Part shown: piece by piece, positions 37,664 to 52,600 of the stretch
Layout: every line of letters begins with the position of its first letter
Position numbering within the stretch: position 1 is the stretch's first letter
From: Antedon mediterranea
Lineage: Eukaryota; Animalia; Echinodermata
DNA length: 64,000 bases
Direction: 5' to 3'
Assembly: GCF_964355755.1 (NCBI RefSeq)
Contig: NC_092678.1
Span: 16,907,881-16,971,880, forward strand
Made by a program: the position numbers and the translations under genes
Notes under the pieces: generated by a model
Database searches by the model: none
Told to the model about the DNA's origin: nothing
Seen by the model: only the letters and a program-made list of their open reading frames with translations

Positions 37664-40600
37664 CTTTGAATAAGAATAAAATCATTATAGTATATGATAT
37701 TTCATGTTTTAGAAACATTGGAATGTTCTTGATTGGAGAAATTGAACACAGATACATTTTACTTGTAGTTGGGACTTTAACAAGTATCAAACATGGAGGA
37801 GACAGAAAGCGACACAAAATATATCGTTCCTGTCTCTGAAAAAAAAATGGGATTGATCGCAACAACTCTGTCACATACAACACCAAATTCTCTATCTCTA
37901 CACATGGCCTTATAATGTCCAGTATCGTCGCAAATTTGTTAATACATTGTCACATATTACTGTACATGTGGCGCCTGTGTTACGTTACGTTTGGGCTTTA
38001 CATTATGTGTGATAATATGTGATGCTGTTTTACAAAATTTGCCTATAAACTGGAAATCTGTATCGTGGCAAATTTGTTAATACATAGTCACATATTACTG
38101 TACATGTGGCGCCTGTGTTGCGTTACGGTTGGGCTTTACATTACGTGTGATAAATATGTGACGCTGTATTACAGAATTTGCCTATGAACTGTACAACAGA
38201 TACAGTTCTGCATATTACCTAGTAGTAGTAATATATATATTTGATAACTACAGGTTAGATCAAGGATGCTACGAAAAAGGTGGGATGGAATAATATATCT
38301 TATGATGATTACTTATCATACATCACTTACATGTATTGGAATAATATGACTAGGGCAGTGGACCACTGGTAGCCCAGCAGAAATAAGTTTGTTGCGTAAT
38401 TCTTTGACGGCACTCTGGTGTTTGTGACGTAGATTGCGGCCTTCCTCGCTGCTAAGAATCTAAAAATATAAACGTGGCACATAGAAATTAGCTACTCTAA
38501 ATACTGTTAAATTCATCTACGTTATACGCAGGAACAATGCAAACAATTCACATTACTGTGTCGTAGGTTCTTTTAAAAACTTTGAAAAGATATTTTAAAT
38601 GCATACAAAATTATTTCTGTTCATATACAGTAACCTTTTTAATAGTACACATGTTTGGCCTAATGTCTGGTTTTCCAGAAAGTCTGGTATTCTGAATGTG
38701 CTCTTAATGTTAAAAAATAATATGGGATCCCTTGATCCCAGAGAGTCCTGTATACACTGTAATTGGGATAGTTGGTTGACTGTACAGAATTAACATGACA
38801 TAATATTATATAGAATATTTAATATAATATATAGAATTAATTTTTATTTTGTTAAAATTTTTTTTTACTTATTATTAATATAATATATAATATAGAATAT
38901 TAATTACTAACCCCAATAGAAGTAATGGCACCATTTAGCACCATTGGTGGCAGTGCAGTGGTGAAAATGAAACCAGCTGCATAACTGCGCACCATATCAA
39001 CCAAGTGGGAGGAGCCAGCAATGTACCCGCCAATCATTCCAAAAGCTTTGCCTAAAAAAAAAATTTACAATATTAAGATGTGTTAGCTTCACTTGATATA
39101 ATTTTTTTTGGGGTTTGCGGCCGACGTCTGCCGCGAACGACCATGTCAATTAGTTTTTTCAACTGAATGATGGATAAAACTAAGCCAGGACTGTTTAAAG
39201 CACCTTGGTCCTAGCATAGATCAAGGGCTTCTTCGGTCTTGTTCCCACCTTGACCAGAGGAATGAGCCAATACGTCCGAGGCAGATACTAGATGTAGGGC
39301 TGCCATAAGAGTCAGCAGTGCTGATTTCAAATGCTTAATGGACCCCAGCTCTATATACACAGCACCAAATATACACAGCATCAAATATTCCTAGATGGTC
39401 TCCCCTTCAAGCTCTAACCAGGCCCAACGTTGCTTAACTTCAATGATACGACAAGACCGGTGTTTCGGTAAAGCCGTATCATAGTCTTCATAATAACTGC
39501 AGTTATTTATTTTAATAAATACTTAAAAATATGCTTTGTGTGAATTCTTACCTAAGGTTCCAGTAACTATGTCAATACCATCAAGGCAGCCATCGCGTTC
39601 ACCTACACCAGCGCCATGGCGACCGTAAAGGCCAACGGCATGAACTTCGTCAACGAAGGTCAAAGCATTGTATCGGTGGGCCACATCACAGAGGTCCTTC
39701 AATGGGCAGACAGCGCCTAAACAAACAATATATAGTTTACAATACATAATCTTGTCTGACAATAAAAGATTCCTAAAAGATGTTCTCCAATAAAAAATCA
39801 GTCCCTCCAATTAAGACTACATTTGGGACCAGGGGCGGATTGCTATAAAACAGTCTTAACTGATGGTCTTAACTGCCCGATTAAAGCCGGCTTTATCAGA
39901 TAGACAGTCTCACTAAAGCCACCATTGACCATTGCTATAAAACCATGATTCACAAACATATAGTACATACATTATTACGCGAGAAAATGTACTCTATAAA
40001 GAATACAATATAGACAATCATCATTATTATTTAACACTTAAAACTTGTTCAATGCATTGTCTTTCACTATCAATAGGGACTTTACGAAACACGACGGGAA
40101 GCCACAGGACGGTGCTCATGAATAATTTATGCATGAGTTTTAACAATGTGGGCGGAGCTTAGCGTGAAATTGATTTACGCTCTAGCGAACACAGGATATT
40201 CGTTGTCCTCCCCTAACCGTCGTGTTTCGTAAAGTCCCTAATATAAGCAAGTCATGTTGACAAAAAGAGAGGTTTAAGACCGTTTTTAAAAAGACTCCTT
40301 CGAGTAGGTTTAAATTTTAAAAACTGCAGTATAGCAATGGTCAATAATAAAGACTACTGTACTTCCTATGTCACAAATTATAACCGGCTAAGCGTTTAGA
40401 CTGTTTATAGCAATTCGCTAAAGGTTTGGTTGTCTGCGATTTTGGTCTTTAAATAGAATCATTCATATCACTGATTCAGAAATTAGATCTCTGTTTTATA
40501 AAACAAAAAATAACTTACCTGTCATGGAATGAACGGTCTCAAAGACAACTATCTTCGGAACAGCTGGGTCTGATTTTTGTAGAAGCTCCTCAAGATGTTC

Positions 40601-43600
40601 AGGATCATTGTGGCGGAAAATAAACTTAGGCGCGCCACTGTCACGTACACCCTGAATCATAGATGCGTGGTTACCAGCGTCAGAGTAAATCTCACAACCT
40701 TTAAACACAGTATAAGAAACTTTATGAATACATCGAGCTGACTGTACATTATTTCATTGACAAATTAGCTACTTGTATTTGCACTATACCCACATTTCAA
40801 AAGCTCTGTCTACACTATCAAAGCTTATGTGACATCAAACATGTGATATGCCTATATATGGACATGATGTCATATTCCTACCATGTTTGGGTTTATCACT
40901 ACCATATTTGGACACACCTTACCGGTGACAGCGTTTTGTTTAATGCTTTTGTCTCTCCTCGGCTTCGTGTCTTGTATTTCATTATTATATTGTTTTTTGT
41001 AATTATTATTTTATGTTTATTGCCAAAATGAATAAAATGAATAAAATAAATAAAAAATCAAACTAGTTTGATAGTGTACAGCTTGAACACATTCTACCAA
41101 TATATGTCTTTACCTGGTAATGCCTGTCCTAGAGTGTACAGGGTTGAATGGTTAGCCACATAACAAGATGTAAACAGAAGACCAGCTTCTTTCTGGTGTA
41201 GTTCGGCCAACTGCTTCTCCAACTTTTCATGGAAAATAGAATTGCCAGATATGTTTCTGGTTCCTCCGGCACCAGTTCCGTGTTTCAGTACAGTGTCACT
41301 ATAGAAATAATTAATGTAATATAATATGCATTACTTTATCCTAATAATATGTATACTTTATATTATAATATGTATACTACGTTTAATATAATATTAGTAT
41401 TACTTTATTGTATTGTAATATTATATTGAAATAATGTGTATAGATTCTGGATTGGTAGCAAACATCATCACCACATTAAAGCTTTGTCTACATTATCAAA
41501 GTCTGTGAAAAAAAAAATGTGATGTGCCCATATATGGACATGATGCCTATCACTACAATATTTGGGCATATCACTACCATATCTAGAAATATCACTACCA
41601 TATCTGGGCATATCACACTTTTTAAAAAATCATAAAATAAGATTATCTTCATGCCAGTATTAAAATAATTGGGGGTCAGGGGTTAAACATGATGCAGCAC
41701 CCTCCAAAAATAGAGTAAATAAGTAATGGAAAGACAACATTTTGTCTCAAAACAAATTCCTGCTTAATGCAGATAACTATTGATGAATGACATCTAAATG
41801 CTCATAAAGTGAGTGAGTGGCCGAGCGGTTAAGTCGGTGGAATAGTAACCCAGCTGTAATATCGGCAAGGGTTCGAGGCTCACTCGCTCTATGGTAGTCT
41901 TCTCGAATAAGGACTACACACTACACTATATATGGTACACAAAATGCATGTGCATACTTTAAAGAACCTAGTACATCTTTCAAGACGAGTTGGGGGTTAC
42001 CCCGCTATACCAGCTCACACCACAGCCAGACGAAATAGCGCCGTAGTTGGTGGCACCGACATAACATGACCCTTTAGCATGTCCACAGCGCATTGAGACA
42101 ATAAACAGAGTTTTAGCTCAACAATACATGCATAAAAAATGTCCACCTTGGAACCATTGCTGTTGCTCCACCCTGAAAATTGTTCCCACATCCCTGACTC
42201 AAATCAAAGTATATAAACACAAAATAATATTCATCAACTACGAAAGTTGCCTTACATTACAGCCTCTTGGACTTTAGGATGTCGGCTCATCCCAAGGTAA
42301 TCGTTGGAACACCAAACAGATATCGGTTGCCCGTCATTCGTCTCGTTTGGTGGCGCTGGTTCAGAATACTCTCGTGCATACGGGAACTCGTTAGCGTCAC
42401 GAAGAACCTTCTTGAAAATTCGGTAGGTGTGGTCTCTCTTCTTTCCATCAATTTGTTCCTTTAGGAACGCATCATAGTTAAACTTGCCATCTGTAAAACA
42501 CAATGTTCAACATGTGTAAATAATTCTCCTGTAGTTACTCCAGGAAGGTACATTATTACTGCAGTAACATATGATTTCATTTATTTCAATGTAAAGGTTT
42601 ACTAAAATAAACAATTTTATTACACTAAAAAAAAAGCTTGGACTATATGATTGCATGAATGGGTTAAAGATCAAAATAATTACTGTACCGGTAGTTTAAC
42701 TGCTTAGAATAATTTTTACTTTATATCTTAAAGCTCTGTACTATCAAAGTTTATACAGTGACAACAAAATATGATGTGTCCATATATGGACATGATGATG
42801 TCATATCACTACCATATTTGGGCATATTAATACCAAATTTGGGCAAATCACACATAGTTTGGTAGTGTAGATAGTGTGTAAGAAAAGCAAAAGCAGAGAT
42901 TCCCCCAAAAAACGAGGTTGTTTGGTAACAAATGCATGAGAATATAGTGGATGCAAGGCCTAAAATGAGTTCAATTTCCTTACAATAATCATAATATTAT
43001 GTGTTCACATGCATGAATACTTGTAATAATAACGTTTGACAACATATTTTGAAAAAAATTGTATGTGTGAAATGGAGTATTAGCCTACAAACTAGTGCCA
43101 GATCAGTTATACCTTGATTGTACTTCTTTTGATTCATGCTATCAGCTTGTTGCTTCATAGCCAACTTCAGTTCAGCATTTTCTTTTAGATCGACTGGGTT
43201 CTTTGTTGGTAGGTGCTTGATGGCATCCAAGAGGCCTCCTTTATCAGCTTCATCACCTGTTTAAAAAAGCAGTTATCAGATTATCAATTAATAACTAAAG
43301 TTGACTCTCAATCTGCTGGATAAACCAAAACAGGCTTTTCCCTCTCCATGAGGAGAACATGTTAGTTGAAAAATATGTAGAACACCCCCTCCAAGACAGT
43401 GGTATCATCCATGAGCACACCCTCATGTTGACTACCCCACTCAAACACACCTCACCACTTCTTTTCAGCAGAGAAACATACTGTAGTTGTTATTTTTTTT
43501 ACTGTATTGTAAACGTTTGTGTTTTAAGTGTAACATTCACCATACAGTATTTTATCTGTTGAAATGTTCATTTAAAACCAGATACATTACCTACTACTAT

Positions 43601-46600
43601 TTTAGTACTAAGGCTTTATTTTTACTCTACTCCCACTCCACTAACATGCACTTTATGTAATTAAAATAAAAATTATAATGTTTTTTATTAGTATCTGTCA
43701 GTTTAATGCATAACAATCATAATTATAATGAAAAAATGAATTATGATAATTATTAATTAGGTCTATCTCATTCTACTTTCAATGATTAAAAATTATAATG
43801 CATAAAAATTATAATGCATAAAAATCTTATCATAGTGAGAAAGTTAATTAAAATACTCAGATGAAATTCTCATTCACTATTTTAACTCTACTTGTTCAAT
43901 CATTCAAAATTTCAAGGTTAAAAATAAAAGTTGTGTAATGAAAAAGACTATACCACCAGTAGTAATTATTAAAGATATGTTTCATTTACATTGCATAGTA
44001 TGCTTTAAAATACAGGATGCTTTTTTTAATAATAATAGATACTGTATATGAATATCATTTAATAATTACTGGAAATTTGTTTTCTTCAACATCTTCTTTT
44101 GTTTAATATAATTGTATAATACTTCACAAAATGTTATGTACTTTTGTGGAAATAAATTGAAATTGAGTTATAATAGACACGTTTCGCGCTCGCGAGGTCA
44201 CCGTCAGTGACCTTTTAGTGGGTATACAATGGTAAACAAACACAGCGAGAGGTATGTTAAAGCATGGGAGAACTGAGAGATGATCATCTTAAAAAGCAAT
44301 CGTCAAAACTAGCCTTTGATGGAATGGCATGGTAAGGATGTTATTTATTTTCTAAACTTATGTTTTATATTCACTGTAGAATTATTTGGGCATTTGGTTC
44401 GGAATCATCGACTTTATTTATGTATTGTCATTTTTGGTTTGACACATTATATTACGGTGCATTTAATACATGTTAACTGTTGATTTTATTTACAAATGTT
44501 GCGTAAATATATTAATTATTATCTTTCATTCTTCTTCATGCTCCTATTGCATCTTCCATGTATTATGTGATGTTCTTCGGCGCTTAAACAGACACCCAAG
44601 CCTCCTAGGCCTAGTAGACGAAGTACCGCATCAGGCAACGCCACCGGGCGGGCGGAGAGACACGAGCACATCGTGGACGTACTTCCCTTGAAAAATTTCC
44701 AAGATTTTGCGCCACTATCCTTCGGAGCCGACGCAAACCACTGAGCAAGTGTTTGAAAATTAAAAACAGGAATATTATTCAGTGATTTTGTGTAGTTAAA
44801 TTCACGATTTATCCAACATATACAACATTTATGATGCACCTTGCAACAAAAGCACTCGGCAGTCGCCATTTCGCTATGCTTCAACACGCACTAGTCGAGA
44901 GGTGTTCGGTTTGTTTACAAATCTATACCCACTATTTCTGATTGGTCGCGAGCGCGAAACGTGTCTATTAATAATTATATGTAATTATATGTTATGTTTA
45001 ACATATTTGACAGGACTGGAATTAATATATTGTAGGTTTTTAAAACAAGGATTTTATTTGTGAGGAATTGCTTAAAGATGTATTGTCCCCTGAAAAATTA
45101 ATTCTTAACCATTTAATTTATTTATTAAATTTAATTTAAAGCAAAAAATAATCAAATTAATGGTTGCCAGCCAATGGGTTTTTGGTTGAATTTAACCATT
45201 TATTTTTTGTAATTTTATAAGTGAAAACATTAATTTTTTCCATTTTTTTTTTCTATAGAAATGATTAACTTTATTAAAGCTACAAAATAATCTATTCGAA
45301 GTCTCATTTTATTTATTTTTATTTTTCATGTTTTTGGGGGACAAGACATCTTTAATAGGTAACATTTAAATACGGTTTTAAATATTCTTTCCTTTTTCTC
45401 TTTCTTCTCGTAAAAACAGGCAGAAGGAAACACCATACTGTGTAATACTGACATTCTAAAGCAAACATTCAGTTTAAGTTTACACACCTTCTGTTATCAC
45501 TTGACATTTAAAAAACACAAACAGATGTAAAAGAAAACATTAACGGTCTTCTTAAAAACATAAACATATTTTTCAGACTTCCAATTCACATAAACTTTTC
45601 ACATGAAAACTATTATTGTCAACGTCTGGTTTTAAAGCACAAGAAAACCACTAATGATTGAATGATTGAAAAATAAAGCACACTCAAATCCAAGGTAATC
45701 CATCAAGATGTTTTCTAAAACAACAAGTAATCTGGTGTGGATAATTCTGTAGCATTGGATGGTTACTAAGGACGGGATTAATAACCCTTAGCAACAAGCA
45801 CCTCTCATGATGTCATAAATGGATGATTAATTCAATCAAAGCTCTTAGTGATGTCAGTTTTGGTTACTCCAATAACACTAACAACATTAGGTAATACCAC
45901 TTGAGTGGCAGCTACCTAAATATGGTTGAGATTTTTTTATGCAATTACCTTTGAAGTAAATAAGTCATTGGCCTGGAATTACCATAGAAGATGATTATTA
46001 ACACTTTCCCTGCGTTTTTCAATCTAATTTAAGGTTACAAACTGCATTTATGTAAAAATGAATATGGACTAAAATTGTACAGTACTGTACTGTGGTGTAC
46101 AGAATACTTTTGTTTTCATAATAGACGCTGTATTCCTGCTAGGAGCAAATAACTAAATAAAATAGCGTAAATAAATTAATATGTATTCATACTTGTATAC
46201 TAAAATACAGGATTGAAGGAACACACAGAGGCAATCTAGTAACAGGACCCTGAGCTCGCCTTGCCAAGATAGGAGCTCAATCTTATGTCTGGCTGCAACG
46301 AATACCATTATTACTGTACTAATGTACGTATTACTTCATACTTCACCCTGTATGTTGAACTTCAGTTTGTACTTTATCTTGTTTATTTATTATTTATTTA
46401 TACTGGGTCTATTTTATAGGTTTATTTGATTTGTCATTCAGATCAACTTTACCTTGTGATTTCTTGTCGAGTTTCTCTGTGGAGGATGTTCGCGCTGTAG
46501 AATCTAAGAATAACAAATCAGATATTATTATTAATTAATTTTAATAAGTATAAAATATATACATTTCGTTTTTGATCATTGTTAATTCAAATTAATATCC

Positions 46601-49600
46601 TATTGATTGTTAGTTACAGTATGCAATTGATTGAGTACCAATATCAATAAACGACATGATACTTTATAGGTAAAATCACATTTTCACAATAAAATATGTT
46701 TGACTGTAGATTGTGTACACAATAAGCATGAGACTCAGAATAAATAAATAATTACAGCTATAAATTAATGATTATACTGTATCCTGTTTTGTATTGTCTT
46801 TTTTCATATCTTTATTACATTCAAAACTGCTGATAATCTAATAACACTACTCAGAAAATACAGCCGACTCTTCCAGTAGTGGATCGACCCCCTCTTGGCA
46901 GTGACGTAATAGCTACAGTATGAGCGCTAACTGGTTAAACCAAGAAACCCCAGAGCTGGGTGGAAACAACAGGCTTTAAAATACGTCGAAACGGCTGAAA
47001 ATATGGCAGGGCCACTTTCTGAACCAGGGGCCTCAGGCCTCTGTGTTAGTGTTACACCACTGTCCCTTGGACTGGCCTAATACTGTATGTCTGGTATTCT
47101 AGAAGGTCTGATTCTATGTATTTCTAAGGGTAAAATGAAATGGGGACCTTTTGGACCTCAAGAGTTTTCGGTTTTCAGAGAGTTTGGTATTAGGACTGTA
47201 TTAATTATACTATATAAATGCTTAACAATAAACTAAATAAAATACCAACACTAATGTACTGCAAGAAGTACTGTATGACAGTGTAATTAAACTAATTAAG
47301 AAATGAAATACGAGTGTTGTATATTATTACCATTATGTTTCACTCCCTGCAGCTGTGTGCTGATTCGCTCAATCACGTTCTCGTTTTCTTCAACGTTGTC
47401 TACGGCTTTAATGTCCTTCATCTCGGCTAAGAACGGACATTTCGCTTCTTCTGCTGCAAATTACAACAATAGACAAAAAAACATATTAATTAAAGTAATT
47501 AAACTCTCAGTTTAACTAATAATTATTTTTATAATAACACACCTGATTATATCTGCAATTTGATTGGTTAATTTGGTATAGTTAATTAGAAAATGATGAT
47601 AAATGCATCTTTTAAAACATTTTGAGAGTTTTTGCAAGGTTGTTGATGTTACGAGATTGAAAATCAACCTATAGAGCGTGCATTTTATCACACTGTTCTA
47701 GTCCTTGAAGAGCACTGGCCTAGCTTCCTCAGTTACTAGTTTTCATCAATGACTTACAATACATAAATCATAAACTATAATGTCTATGCCAATAATAATG
47801 ATATCCTGGATTTATAAATCGCCTATGTTGTGTTTGACCTTTAATGAGTTGGAAATTTTATTACACCGGTCATTTTTGGATAAAACACATAGAAACATAC
47901 TCCAATATTAATGCAGCTACAGTTTAAAGTACTGTTAGTAATCAGCGAAATGTTGTGTCTTGATACCCATGTAAATAAATAAATAAATAAATAAAGTGTA
48001 TTGCCTATTATTGGATGCAAGACAAGCGATAGGCGCTGGATTCAAACCCACGATCTCACAATCAGTAGTTCAACTTCCAAGCCACACGCCCTTAAACCAA
48101 GTCAAAGTACAGAGAATGAATGCCATTAATTATTTATCATAAAATGGACAATTTATATTCTTAAATCATTTCCTTTTATATTAATCACAAAATAGTAATT
48201 TATTATTATTATTATTATTAATTATGGTCTGTGTATATTTATAGTTGCAGATATAGTAGTACCTTTATTTATAATTATTTAATTGTTTATATTAAATGGA
48301 AGAAAGCAAGTCATGGGTTGTATTTCAATACTTCCTTTTGGATTGACAACGCCTGGATTATTGAGTTCCTCATCTCAAAATCCTTCTTTTCTAAACTGTA
48401 CATAAATTCGCAAGTCATTTCCTGATTGCTGGCAGACAATATACAATTGACAGTTGTTGTATTCATCCATTCATAATCACAAAACTTTCTCTTTTCTATT
48501 TAAAGTTTTTCCTACACTATCAAACTATAGTTTGACAAAAAAAGTGTGCCCAAATATGGTAGTGATGTGCCCAAATATGGTAGTGATACTGTATGACATC
48601 ATGTCCATATGGGCACATCACATTTGTTTGTCACATAAAGTAGAGTTTGATAGTGCTGACAAAGCTTAATAATATTGAAATAGGAAAAAATAAAACATAC
48701 TTTTTAAGCATACCCTATATTTTTGTCCCAACCGTTTTATTTTTATTTTAATGACCAAAAAAAACGAAAATTCTGATAAAATTATTGTAACATTTGATTA
48801 TCATGTAGAGGAACAATTTTAATCTTATTTCATTCATTTCATTTCATTCATTTCGTTCATTTCATTCATTTCGTCAATTAAAAACATCATAATGCAATAC
48901 AAATAACAAAACCCTAAGCGTAAACCATATTTGGGCATATCACTACCATATTTGGGCATATCACTACCATATTTGGGCATATCACTACCATATTTAGGCA
49001 TATCACTACCATATTTAGGCATATCACTACCATATTTGGGCATATCACTACCATATTTGGGCATATCACTACCATATTTAGGCATATCACTACCATATTT
49101 GAGCATATCACTACCATATTTAGGCATATCACTACCATATTTGGGCATATCACTACCATATTTGGGCATATCAGTCACTACCATATTTGGGCATATCACT
49201 ACCATATTTAGGCATATCACTACCATATTTGGGCATATCACTACCATATTTAGGCATATCAGTACCATATTTGGGCATATCACTACCATATTTAGGCATA
49301 TCACTACCATATTTAAGCACATCGTGTAGACAGATTGTTATATCTACTGTAAACATGCTATGTAGAATCTACGATTATATCAGATGGTGATATGATTTAG
49401 CAAAAGCAAACTGTATAGTGTAATCTCTGTACACATTTTCTCTGCTATTGTTACATGTTTGAAAGACTCAGTTAAGTCAGTTTATTTTAAAATAGTAGGC
49501 TTACTGGATAAATCAGCCTATCAGGACTGTAGGAAAAAAAATATGCTGCACTGAACTTTATTCAGGGGTTGACGCTAATGTTTTGTCCCCATGAAAAAAC

Positions 49601-52600
49601 AATTCTTAAAAAATGTTGGTTAAATATGCCATTTTAATGTAACATAATAGTTAAATACACTTTAACCAAAAATTGGATCCCAAAAAATGTATTTATCTGA
49701 AAAAACTGTAATTTAAAGCGAAAAATGGTCAAATTGGCTGCCAGCCAGTGGGTTTTTGGTTGAATTTAATCATTTCTTTTGTCATTTTTAATAAGTGAAA
49801 ACATTATTTTTTTTATTTTTTCTTCCAAGGAAGTGATTAACTTTATTAAAACTACAAAATAACATATTCAAAGTCTGATTTAATTTTAATCTTAATTTTT
49901 CATGTTTCTAGGGGAAAATACATATTTAACAAGTTGTTTTATTTGGTTTTATTTTGCTAGAAAAACGATTACAAAATCATCTGATTTGTTTTGTTAATCA
50001 CTTTCATCCAGCGAGAAATTGGCTAGATGTTGTCATAGCAACCTCTAGTGCATTCATCCAGCGAGAAATTGGCTAGATGTTGTCATAGCAACCTCTAGTG
50101 TTTCTTAATTGTGTATTTTAATACATCAGAAGATGCTCATATAAATAATTGCATAATATCTACTCAATTGCTAGGCAACCAATTTAATATACAAGTACAA
50201 CCTTTCCTATTTTTTTTAATTTATCAACAATCTGCTGTAGAGTAAGTGCATTTTGCTTAGTAAACAGTACCTGATAAACAAAACATATTGCACACTCTAT
50301 AAAGTATAATGAGGAAAATGAACTTGTAAAACAATATCCCACCTGACTCCTCCATATATCAAGCTTTAAATAGGATGACTACCATAGTGTCAGTATTTAA
50401 GCGTAAACCATATTTGGGCATATCACTACCATATTTGAGCATATCACTACCATATTTAGGCATATCACTACCATATTTGGGCATATCACTACCATATTTG
50501 GGCATATCAGTCACTACCATATTTGGGCATATCACTACCATATTTAGGCATATCACTACCATATTTGGGCATATCACTACCATATTTAGGCATATCAGTA
50601 CCATATTTGGGCATATCACTACCATATTTAGGCATATCACTACCATATTTAAGCACATCGTGTAGACCGATTGTTATATCTACTGTAAACATGCTATGTA
50701 GAATCTACGATTATATCAGATGGTGATATGATTTAGCAAAAGCAAACTGTATAGTGTAATCTCTGTACACATTTTCTCTGCTATTGTTACATGTTTGAAA
50801 GACTCAGTTAAGTCAGTTTATTTTAAAATAGTAGGCTTACTGGATAAATCAGCCTATCAGGACTGTAGGAAAAAAAATATGCTGCACTGAACTTTATTTA
50901 GGGGTTGACGCTAATGTTTTGTCCCCATGAAAAAACAATTCTTAAAAAATGTTGGTTAAATATGCCATTTTAATGTAACATAATAGTTAAATACACTTTA
51001 ACCAAAAATTGGATCCCAAAAAATGTATTTATCTGAAAAAACTGTAATTTAAAGCGAAAAATGGTCAAATTGGCTGCCAGCCAGTGGGTTTTTGGTTGAA
51101 TTTAATCATTTCTTTTGTCATTTTTAATAAGTGAAAACATTATTTTTTTTATTTTTTCTTCCAAGGAAGTGATTAACTTTATTAAAACTACAAAATAACA
51201 TATTCAAAGTCTGATTTAATTTTAATCTTAATTTTTCATGTTTCTAGGGGAAAATACATATTTAACAAGTTGTTTTATTTGGTTTTATTTTGCTAGAAAA
51301 ACGATTACAAAATCATCTGATTTGTTTTGTTAATCACTTTCATCCAGCGAGAAATTGGCTAGATGTTGTCATAGCAACCTCTAGTGCATTCATCCAGCGA
51401 GAAATTGGCTAGATGTTGTCATAGCAACCTCTAGTGTTTCTTAATTGTGTATTTTAATACATCAGAAGATGCTCATATAAATAATTGCATAATATCTACT
51501 CAATTGCTAGGCAACCAATTTAATATACAAGTACAACCTTTCCTATTGTTTTAATTTATCAACAATCTGCTGTAGAGTAAGTGCATTTTGCTTAGTAAAC
51601 AGTACCTGATAAACAAAACATATTGCACACTCTATAAAGTATAATGAGGAAAATGAACTTGTAAAACAATATCCCACCTGAGTCCTCCATATATCAAGCT
51701 TTAAATAAGATGACTACCATAGTGTCAGTATTTAAGCGTAAACCATATTTGGGCATATCACTACCATATTTGGGCATATCACTACCATATTTGGGCATAT
51801 CACTACCATATTTAGGCATATCACTACCATATTTAGGCATATCACTACCATATTTAGGCATATCACTACCATATTTGGGCATATCACTACCATATTTAGG
51901 CATATCACTACCATATTTAAGCACATCGTGTAGACAGATTATTATATCTACTGTAAACATGCTATGTAGAATCTACGATTATATCAGAATTTTTAGTTGT
52001 TTTTTCATTAAAAAAACAGGTGGCACAAAAATAAGGCGGTGGTGCTTACTGTAAGAAGTTTGCTGTTTTTTTTTTTGCCTTCTCTAAACTATCAAACCTT
52101 ATGTGACAAAAAATGTGATGTGCCTATATGGGCATGATGATATCATATCACTACCATATTTGGGCATATCACTACTATAACTGCATTTTGGCACATCACA
52201 CTTTTTTTTTCACAACTCTCCCAATACCGGACTCTCCCAAAACCGGTTTTCATTAAAAACCGGACTTTTTTGGAGGGCCCAATTTGTCCCTATTCTAAAT
52301 GTACTGTAATTTATTATGAAAACCGGAATACCCAATTCCGGAATCCGGACAAATTATGAAGTACAAAACACGAAAATTAGCATCTGAAAACCGGACTGAC
52401 AGTTAAAAAACTCCAAATATTTACGAAAACAACGTAACATCGTCGTAGCTGACTCGGATTCAATACTGTACATTCACAATACAAAAGCTTTTAACCATAC
52501 CCTGACTATGAAGTGCGCGACGTTTCGCGGTACGATCAAATAATGTTGCCATGGAGCGCTACACTGTGATTGACAGGTCAGTTCATTGTTAACCCACGAG

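Noticed and set aside
41809-41890. tRNA gene (also the tRNA-like stretches near 6590, 48030-48095 and 53768)
   Set aside because: A and B boxes are present but no intact cloverleaf; several continue into shared repeat bodies, so treated as SINE heads
44519-44887. 122-aa minus-strand ORF within an ALAS intron
   Set aside because: Lies inside a MITE, has no recognisable domain and is not needed for the ALAS reading frame
48834-52054. Repetitive ORFs (MPKYGSD / LGISLPY / MVVICPN) and a possible CRISPR-like array
   Set aside because: Translations of a 21-bp minisatellite that is open in several frames; there are no unique spacers and the context is a eukaryotic intron
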